The notes beneath the pieces were generated by a model. The model saw only the letters and a list, made by a program, of their open reading frames with translations. It was not told the origin of the DNA and ran no database searches. DNA of 64,000 nucleotides from Vulcanimicrobiota bacterium (GTDB taxonomy: Bacteria; Vulcanimicrobiota; Vulcanimicrobiia; Vulcanimicrobiales; Vulcanimicrobiaceae), in NCBI GenBank assembly GCA_963812155.1, contig CAWETW010000003.1, positions 96,001 through 160,000 of the forward strand, in the 5' to 3' direction. A program made the position numbers and the translations under genes. Positions 57,409-64,000 of the stretch are shown here, one piece after another; positions within the stretch are counted from its first letter, which is position 1, and each line of letters starts with the position of its first letter.

Positions 57409-57873
57409 ATGACGGAACGCGATCTTCACGCCGGGCCGCCGAGGCGTTGGAGCGAGGAAATCGACGGCATTTGCTGGCTTCCTCGCTTGATCGACAAGAC
57501 GCGTGCGGCGCTTGCCGGCACGCTCGGCGACTATCTCTTCGGGCAAAGTCCGATGGATCGCGCGCTGTTGCGAGCGCTTGGCTTGAGCCATCGTGAGTTC
57601 GCCGCCATCGTGCGCGCGGCGCCCAGCGACGATGCGGTGCTGCCGGCCGTCGTCGCGCGCGATCCGCAAGCGCGGTCGCGCGCGCGAGCGTGGAGCGCGG
57701 CGATGCCGGCGCGCAACCGGTTGTTCCTCTGGCTGCTCGACGTTGACGACGGCTATCGTGCGAGCGTGCTCGTCGCGCCGGTCAAATGCGGCGCGCGCGC
57801 GATATCGCGCACCGTGAAATGGTTGTGGCCATCGCGTGCGGCCGAATCGCCCGCCGACGCACCGGCGCGATGA
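57409..57873 (+). CDS. DUF5069-like protein
   Basis: PPRRW...WLPRLIDKTRAALAGTLGDY...SPMD pattern. Confidence 0.65.
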   Translation: MTERDLHAGPPRRWSEEIDGICWLPRLIDKTRAALAGTLGDYLFGQSPMDRALLRALGLSHREFAAIVRAAPSDDAVLPAVVARDPQARSRARAWSAAMPARNRLFLWLLDVDDGYRASVLVAPVKCGARAISRTVKWLWPSRAAESPADAPAR

Positions 57874-58970
57874 TTCCGCTGCGCCGCAATCCGTGGGGAT
57901 GGGCGACCGACCGCCGTTTAACGCTGGCCATCAAGTTCGTCGGCCTGCTCGTGCTCGCATGGATCGCGTGCTCGTTCGTCTTCGGTTTCCTGGCGCGCAT
58001 CCGGACCGTCGTGTACATGCTCATCGGCGCGATTTTTCTGGCGTACCTCATCTATCCCGCGGTGAGGCGCCTGCGTACGCGCATGCCGCTTGCGGCGGCG
58101 ATCCTCGTGGTCTACGCCGCGATTCTGGCCGCAATCGTCGCGATCGGATGGTTCGTCGTCCCGCATCTCGCCGACGACGTCAGCGCGTTCGTGCAGCACT
58201 ATCCCGAACTGCTCGGGCGCGTCAACAGCTTTCTCTACGATCCCAACGATCGGCTGACGTCGCATCTGCCGTTGTGGATGCGCGATGCGATCGCGCGCAT
58301 TCCCGCCGAGGTCGCGCTTTGGGTGAAGACGCGCGGCGTCCAAAGTGCGGGCCACGCGGTGCTGCTGCTCGCGGGCGGATTTGCGGCGGTCGCGACGTTC
58401 GTCATCGTCCCGTTGATGACGGCCTATCTGCTGCTCGATCTCGAACATCTGCGCGACGGCTTTTCCAAGATGATTCCGCCGCGCCGCTGGCGCGCGACGC
58501 TGCACTTTCTCTCCGACGTCGACAAGGTGGTCGGCGGATTTATCCGCGGGCAGCTGCTCGTTGCGCTCTCGGTCGGCGTGCTCGTCGCCATTGCGCTGCT
58601 CGTCCTGCACGTCCGTTATGCCTTCTTCCTCGGAGCAATCGCGGCGATCGGCGATTTGGTGCCGTACGTCGGCGCAATCCTCGCGTTCTTGCCTGCATTT
58701 TCGATCGCATGGGCGGGTAACGGCATCGTCAACGCGCTGCTCGTCCTGGCCGCATTCGTCGTCATCTTCCAGGCCGAGGGACACTTGCTCGCGCCCAACA
58801 TCGTCAGCAAAACCGTGCGCCTGAGCCCATTCATCGTGCTCGTCGCGCTGCTCGTGGGCGGGGATTTGGGCGGCATCTTCGGATTGCTCGTCGCGATTCC
58901 GGCCGCCGGAATACTGCGCGTCGTCGCGATGCGGGTTTTCGGCGTACCCCCCGAGAACGAGGCCGCGTGA
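57870..58970 (+). CDS. AI-2E family transporter
   Basis: [42 protein letters not shown]. Confidence 0.92.
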   Translation: MIPLRRNPWGWATDRRLTLAIKFVGLLVLAWIACSFVFGFLARIRTVVYMLIGAIFLAYLIYPAVRRLRTRMPLAAAILVVYAAILAAIVAIGWFVVPHLADDVSAFVQHYPELLGRVNSFLYDPNDRLTSHLPLWMRDAIARIPAEVALWVKTRGVQSAGHAVLLLAGGFAAVATFVIVPLMTAYLLLDLEHLRDGFSKMIPPRRWRATLHFLSDVDKVVGGFIRGQLLVALSVGVLVAIALLVLHVRYAFFLGAIAAIGDLVPYVGAILAFLPAFSIAWAGNGIVNALLVLAAFVVIFQAEGHLLAPNIVSKTVRLSPFIVLVALLVGGDLGGIFGLLVAIPAAGILRVVAMRVFGVPPENEAA

Positions 58971-59851
58971 CGACGCTTGCGACGCCCCGCCGCGTGGATA
59001 TCGTCGGCGTCCCGATGGATCTCGGCGCGAGCCGTCGCGGGGTCGACATGGGACCGTCCGCCGTGCGCTACGCGCGATTGCACGACAAACTGCAGCGCCT
59101 CGGGATCGAAACGATCGCCGATCACGGCAATCTCACCGTGCCGATTCGCGAAGCCGCATCGGCCGACGACGCGTCGGCAAAATATTTCGACGTCATTGCG
59201 AGCGTCTGCGAGCAACTCTCCGGCGTGGTCGAAGGCGCGGTGCGCGCCGGGGGTTTACCGGTGGTGCTCGGCGGCGATCATTCGATCGCGATGGGAACGC
59301 TGGCGGGGCTCGCGCGGGCCTACGAACGGCCTGCCGGCCTGGTATGGATAGACGCGCACGCCGACATCAACAGCCCGCAGAGTTCGTCGACCGGAAACGT
59401 GCACGGCATGCCGCTCTGGTTCGCGCTGAAAAACGGCATCGCGCTCGCGGGGCACACCGCCCAGATCGGACTTCGCGACGTCGATCCGGGAGAGAAGCAG
59501 ATGCTGCGTGAGTTCGGCGTGAAAGCGTTCTCGATGAGCGACGTCGATAAGCTCGGAATGCCGCGCGTCATGGAAGAAGCGATTGCGATTGCGGGCGGCG
59601 GCGACCGGCCGATCCACGTCTCGTTCGACATGGACGGTATCGATCCGAGCGAGGCGCCCGGCACGGGCACGCCCGTCAAGGGCGGATTGAGCTATCGCGA
59701 AGCGCACCTCGTGATGGAGATGCTGCACGACAGCGGCCGTCTCGGGTCGATCGAAATGGTCGAGATCAATCCCATTCTCGACCGGCGCAATCAAACGGCG
59801 GCGCTGGCGGTCGGATTGATCTGTTCGGGCCTCGGGAAATCGATTCTCTAG
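58967..59851 (+). CDS. rocF: Arginase
   Basis: [44 protein letters not shown]. Confidence 0.95.
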   Translation: MTTLATPRRVDIVGVPMDLGASRRGVDMGPSAVRYARLHDKLQRLGIETIADHGNLTVPIREAASADDASAKYFDVIASVCEQLSGVVEGAVRAGGLPVVLGGDHSIAMGTLAGLARAYERPAGLVWIDAHADINSPQSSSTGNVHGMPLWFALKNGIALAGHTAQIGLRDVDPGEKQMLREFGVKAFSMSDVDKLGMPRVMEEAIAIAGGGDRPIHVSFDMDGIDPSEAPGTGTPVKGGLSYREAHLVMEMLHDSGRLGSIEMVEINPILDRRNQTAALAVGLICSGLGKSIL

Positions 59852-59937
59852 GTTCCCTTCCCGAGCCGCTGACCGTCGTTTGTCTCGGCGCCGGCGGTCT
59901 CACGCGTGCCGGCGCACGTCGCGCGCTGGCGGAACGC

Positions 59938-60459
59938 GTGACCGCGGTCCATCCGGACGTGCTTGCGCTGAGCGAGATCGACGACGGCGACGCACTCTCG
60001 GTTGCGACGCAGTTCGGCTATCAGTGGGCGTATCGCGGCGGCCAGGCGCTCTTTTGGAACGCGCGTTTTGCCGCAGTGCGCATCGAAGAATCGTATTTGC
60101 CGGCGCCGCCGCTGCAAACGTTCGAGCGCCGCGGTCTTCTGCGCGTCGACGGACGTTGCGGCAAGCGGGAACTGACTTTGTTGACGACGCGCTTTGCATC
60201 GAATCGCGCGCGTGCCCGCGACCTGCGCCTCACGCGCAGCGTCATACGGGAGACGCGCGCGCCAAGCGTGTTATTGTTCATCGCGAATCCGTCGGTCGCT
60301 GGGAGCGCCGCGTTTCGCGATTTAGGGTTTACGGAAGCCGAAAGTTACGCTAAGGACGCACTGCTGATCGCGGCGCGTGGTTGCCCGTTGCGACCGTGCG
60401 GCGACCGTGCGAGCGCGGATGGACTCGCCGGCCAACTCGTCGCCCTGGTTACAGTTTAA
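59938..60459 (+). CDS. Degenerate endonuclease/exonuclease/phosphatase-like protein (start may be about 59869)
   Basis: PDVLALSEID and ERRGLL match the EEP fold; later catalytic motifs are absent. Confidence 0.5.
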   Translation: MTAVHPDVLALSEIDDGDALSVATQFGYQWAYRGGQALFWNARFAAVRIEESYLPAPPLQTFERRGLLRVDGRCGKRELTLLTTRFASNRARARDLRLTRSVIRETRAPSVLLFIANPSVAGSAAFRDLGFTEAESYAKDALLIAARGCPLRPCGDRASADGLAGQLVALVTV

Positions 60460-61150
60460 TCGTCGCTTGGCCTTGGCAGGCGATGCCGCCGCCGCAAACG
60501 GCGGGATCCCAGTTCGCATCGGCGAGCAGAGACTGAATGCGCGTTTCGGTTTGCGCGTCGACGTTCGGCTGGAACTCGACGGTTTTCGTGCGGCCGTCTT
60601 CGCCGACGATCACGACGAGCGTCACGTGAACGCCGAGCGAAGCGAGTTGGCGGCGCACGCTCGGATCGAGGATCGGATCGGGTTGCCGCGCACCGAAGGG
60701 TAAGTATCCGCCGGTGTCGCGGTCTACGGTGCTCGCAACGGCGCGTGCAGCGGGCGATGCCGTGGTCTGCGGGGCCGCCTCGCCGTCGGTCGTTCCGTTG
60801 CCGGCGCGTGGCGCCGCGGCGACGACGGGCGCCGTCGATTGACGGTAGGCGGTTGCGGGGGGCGGCGACGACACTTTGTGCGTCGCATGCGCTAGTTCCA
60901 CGCGCGTCGTCTCCGAAATGACGCGCTCGGGGCTGCGGTTGGGCGCCGCGGCGCGCGGCTGCGGGCGGGGAGGCTCCCGGCGCTGGATCTCGATGTGCGC
61001 GACGTGCGTGAACGTGATCGTCTCGACCGGCGCCGCCGACGTCATCGTAAACGCGAGAGCCGGAATCAGCAACGCGGCTAGCAGGTGCACGCCGAACGAG
61101 GCGAGCAGCGCTCGTCCCATCGGGCCCCGTGAAGCGGCCGCGGTCAGCAT
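60449..61150 (-). CDS. TonB-like energy transducer protein
   Basis: TM with SFGVHLL (SxxxH), Pro-rich linker, C-terminal VTLVVIVGEDG...WDPAVC. Confidence 0.6.
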   Translation of the reverse strand: MLTAAASRGPMGRALLASFGVHLLAALLIPALAFTMTSAAPVETITFTHVAHIEIQRREPPRPQPRAAAPNRSPERVISETTRVELAHATHKVSSPPPATAYRQSTAPVVAAAPRAGNGTTDGEAAPQTTASPAARAVASTVDRDTGGYLPFGARQPDPILDPSVRRQLASLGVHVTLVVIVGEDGRTKTVEFQPNVDAQTETRIQSLLADANWDPAVCGGGIACQGQATIKL

Positions 61151-61242
61151 CGGATTCTCCCCTTCGTTCCAACGAGCGGCCGGCCCCGCGCGTGACGGAG
61201 CCGGCCGTGGGGCCGTGTGAATCGAGGCGGATCGAGGCGGAA

Positions 61243-61605
61243 CTAGTTTCGGAGAATCACGCGATTGACGACGAACGTGCCGTAGCTGTAGTAGCCGACC
61301 AGTGCGACGCTCTCGCCCGGATTGGGCGTAGCGCCCTCCGGATAGATGCGCGTTCCGTTCTTCAGATCGACGGTCTGGACGACGCCGTTACGGCGTTGTA
61401 CGGTCAGCCGGTAGGGTGCGAAGTTCGTAACGACGCCCAACATCACGTGGTGCTTGTCGTATTTGGCGGCGTTCCAATCCGGTTGCCACGTCGTGTACGT
61501 CGGATAGCCATACATTTGCGCGAAGGCCGGAGCCGTCATCGAGAATGCTGCGAACAAGAATGCGAGCGCGATGCCCGCGGTGGAGAGATGGTTACGTTGC
61601 ATCAT
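61243..61605 (-). CDS. Small secreted OB-fold-like hypothetical protein
   Basis: Signal peptide ending APAFA-Q; short beta-rich domain. Confidence 0.7.
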   Translation of the reverse strand: MMQRNHLSTAGIALAFLFAAFSMTAPAFAQMYGYPTYTTWQPDWNAAKYDKHHVMLGVVTNFAPYRLTVQRRNGVVQTVDLKNGTRIYPEGATPNPGESVALVGYYSYGTFVVNRVILRN

Positions 61606-61662
61606 GGCTGTGGGTTACCCGCACGGTTTCCCCAGCTAAACGAAAAGTACGATTAAAGCAGA

Positions 61663-62313
61663 TTAGCGTTCGCTGAGATCTCCACCCCACGCATCCCAGT
61701 GCGGAACGCGCGTGCGCGCAAAGAGTTCGATGCGTTTTCGATTTCCGAGCAGGCGCTCGATGAGGACGCGAACGACGGCGGGTTTCTCGCTATGTGCGCC
61801 GCGCGGATGCAGCACCACCTGGCCCTGCGCGAAATCGTGCAGCGGGAAGGGCCGCCCCGACGGCATCGTCGTGGCGGCGAGCACCAATTCGACGGTCGGC
61901 TTGGTGAACGTCGGCGAAACTCCCTGGCCGCGAATGATTTCGCCGCGCGCATTCGTTTTCACCCAGACGTAGGCGACGCCGCGGTAATGCAGTCCCCAGC
62001 GCGCAATGAGGTCGAGCGCAAAATTCAAACGCGGACACGTTGCCCACAGAAAGAGCGCGGCGCGCTGCGCCATCATTGCCCGGACGGGCAGACGCGCGAG
62101 ATCTTCCAGCGTCATGAGCGGATAGTGTTTCGCGGCGGCCGCATCTTTGATTTTACTTCCGTAATAGAACCACGGCGGATCGGCATAGACGACGTCGTAC
62201 GGACCTGCCGGAAACGGCGGCAGTTTCTCGTGTTCGGGGGTGGGCGAACGGCGCGCCAGCCGGCGCAACTGCGCGCGATTCTTCGGAGAATACTGGTCGA
62301 GACGTTTTTTCAC
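61663..62313 (-). CDS. MT-A70 family N6-adenine methyltransferase
   Basis: YDVVYADPPW, HYPLMT, LFLWAT, WVKT, HSEKP, IELFAR...WDAWG. Confidence 0.92.
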   Translation of the reverse strand: MKKRLDQYSPKNRAQLRRLARRSPTPEHEKLPPFPAGPYDVVYADPPWFYYGSKIKDAAAAKHYPLMTLEDLARLPVRAMMAQRAALFLWATCPRLNFALDLIARWGLHYRGVAYVWVKTNARGEIIRGQGVSPTFTKPTVELVLAATTMPSGRPFPLHDFAQGQVVLHPRGAHSEKPAVVRVLIERLLGNRKRIELFARTRVPHWDAWGGDLSER

Positions 62314-63095
62314 TAGCGTCCTTCCGGCAGCAACGCAATTGCGCCGGCGACCAGCGCGCCGCACACGGTCGCGGCAACGTTGACCGCATCGTTTTCGATC
62401 CATGCGGCGCCGCGCCGCAAGGCGGCCGGCGATCCGCACGAATGCGGATCGGTTTCGCAGGCGCAGTTGCAGCGCGCGCACCAGCGTTGCGCTTGCAGCG
62501 TAGCTCCCAATGCCGAATCGAACAGCGCGCCCGCGATTCCTCCGGCCGCTACCGCCCAGAAACCGGCGACGCCTGCCCACCGGGCGACGCCCGCAACGAC
62601 GGCCGCGCCGGCGACGGTTGCGAGCGTTCCGGTAACGGTGACGCCGCCTGAAATTCCCGTTGCGACCGGGCGCAGCGTGACGATCGATCGGGGCGCGCCG
62701 CGCGCGAGCGTGCCGATCTCGGTTCCCCACGTGTCGGCGGCGGCCGCAGCAAAAGCGCCGGCGAATGCGGCGGCAAACGCCGCGCCGCCGCGCGTTGCGA
62801 GGAGCGCGCAAAGCGCCGCGATCCCGCCGTTGGCCAGCACTTGCCAGGCGTCGCGCGCGCCGTGTTTTCCTATCCCCGCGAGCGATGCTTTACGCTCGCG
62901 CCCAAGTCTGGAGAGAAGTGCCGAGGGGATGAAAAACGCAAAGAGTACCAGTGCCGCGTGCCAGCCGCCGGCGGCGAACACCGCCGTGCCGACGGCGAAT
63001 GCCGCGACCGCGCCGCCCTTCGTCAGCGCGCGAGCGCGCCACGCGATCGCGGCGGCCGCGAATGCCAGCGCAGCGCCGGCGGCGGTTTGGATCAC
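62313..63095 (-). CDS. DUF92/TMEM19 family membrane protein
   Basis: ALTKGG, RDAWQVLANG, ADTWGTEIG, GISGGVT, DSALGATLQ, NDAVN. Confidence 0.9.
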   Translation of the reverse strand: MIQTAAGAALAFAAAAIAWRARALTKGGAVAAFAVGTAVFAAGGWHAALVLFAFFIPSALLSRLGRERKASLAGIGKHGARDAWQVLANGGIAALCALLATRGGAAFAAAFAGAFAAAAADTWGTEIGTLARGAPRSIVTLRPVATGISGGVTVTGTLATVAGAAVVAGVARWAGVAGFWAVAAGGIAGALFDSALGATLQAQRWCARCNCACETDPHSCGSPAALRRGAAWIENDAVNVAATVCGALVAGAIALLPEGR

Positions 63096-64000
63096 GAGCC
63101 CGGTGCGTAGTGCGCTTCGAGCGCTTCGACGAGCGCATCGGTCGTGTACGACGCCGCGACGACGTCGACGTTCATGCCGTGCGCGCGCGCGGCGTCTGCC
63201 GTAATCGGCCCGATGCACGCGACGGCTTTTCCGCGCGCGGCGGCGGCTGCCGCCGGCGCGTCTTCGAACTGCTCGACGTAGCCGCGTACGGTTCCGGCGC
63301 TGGTGAACGTGAGGACGTCGCAGCGGGCAACGTTGTCGCGGAAGTTCGGATCGCGCGTCGCGACGCTGCGATAGGCGGCGACGACGACCGGCTCCAGTCC
63401 GGCGTCGGCGAGCATTTGCGGGAGGATGTCGCGCGCTTCTTGCGCGCGATAAACGAGCACGCGATCGCCGGGCTGCGCGGCTTCGATGAGCGCGCGGGCG
63501 ATCTCTTCGCCGACGAATTCCGCCGGCACGACGTCGGGCCGGACGCCGAGCCGGGCGAGCCGGGCGGCGGTCTTCGCTCCGATCGCGGCCACCTTCACCG
63601 CGCCGATGTAGCGTGCGTCGGCATCGAGCGACGCGAGCCGGTCGAAAAATGCATCCACGCCGTTGGCGGAGGTAAACACGATCCATGCGTACGAGGCGAG
63701 ATCGTCGATGCAGCGGTGCGCCGCCGCCGGGTCGTCGGGCGGCTCGAGCACGACGGCCGGCGCCAGCACGGGCTCGGCGCCGCGCGCCGCCAGCGCCATC
63801 GCGAATTCTTCGCCTTGTGCGGCCGGCCGCGTGACGAGCACGCGTTTTCCGAAGAGCGGAAGCCGGTCGAACCACGCAACCTCGTCGCGCAAGCGCACGA
63901 CGTCGCCGAAGACGGCAACGGCCGGCGCGCCGATTCCGGCGCGCTCGACGTCGGCGGCGATCGTCGCGAGCGTTCCGACGCAGGTGCGTTGCTCCGGTCG
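63092..64000 (-). CDS. hemD: Uroporphyrinogen-III C-methyltransferase / synthase fusion (CobA-HemD), 5' end outside the window
   Basis: End of the CobA domain (GTLATI...APAVAVFGDVVRLR..WFD), then HemD motifs PLFGKRVLVTR, FTSANGV, FTSAGTV, CIGPIT. Confidence 0.9.
   Translation of the reverse strand, partial: RPEQRTCVGTLATIAADVERAGIGAPAVAVFGDVVRLRDEVAWFDRLPLFGKRVLVTRPAAQGEEFAMALAARGAEPVLAPAVVLEPPDDPAAAHRCIDDLASYAWIVFTSANGVDAFFDRLASLDADARYIGAVKVAAIGAKTAARLARLGVRPDVVPAEFVGEEIARALIEAAQPGDRVLVYRAQEARDILPQMLADAGLEPVVVAAYRSVATRDPNFRDNVARCDVLTFTSAGTVRGYVEQFEDAPAAAAAARGKAVACIGPITADAARAHGMNVDVVAASYTTDALVEALEAHYAPGS

Overview
GC-rich bacterial chromosomal segment from a diderm organism: it encodes outer-membrane beta-barrel-like proteins, a TonB-like protein and many lipoproteins. 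Gene content and style suggest Candidatus Eremiobacterota (Vulcanimicrobiota/WPS-2), but that is inference only. Most of the window is housekeeping or metabolic: tRNA-Leu(CAG), pnp, rpsO, split transketolase, ggt, polX, rocF, ilvE, ubiD/ubiA-type menaquinone genes, cobA-hemD, an ECF42-type sigma with a YciI partner, and a YtrA-type GntR-ABC operon. Four things stand out. (1) A tightly coupled minus-strand cluster (about 27.3-32.4 kb) encodes a Cyc2-like monoheme cytochrome-porin, three type-1 copper lipoproteins, an SCO chaperone and a two-component system. It is a candidate outer-membrane metal-oxidation or electron-uptake module. (2) A tandem array of 165-168 bp units follows tRNA-Leu. Each full unit holds the tRNA 3' half, a long hairpin, an antisense tRNA fragment and GCGAAGC mini-hairpins. 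(3) A selenocysteine formate dehydrogenase has a clear bacterial SECIS and a split, reordered alpha subunit. (4) Several apparent pseudo-enzymes and unannotated small ORFs are present. Many single-base frameshifts, densest at about 48.6-56.2 kb, look like long-read or assembly indels rather than real pseudogenes. All product calls come from motif recognition by eye; no database searches were run.
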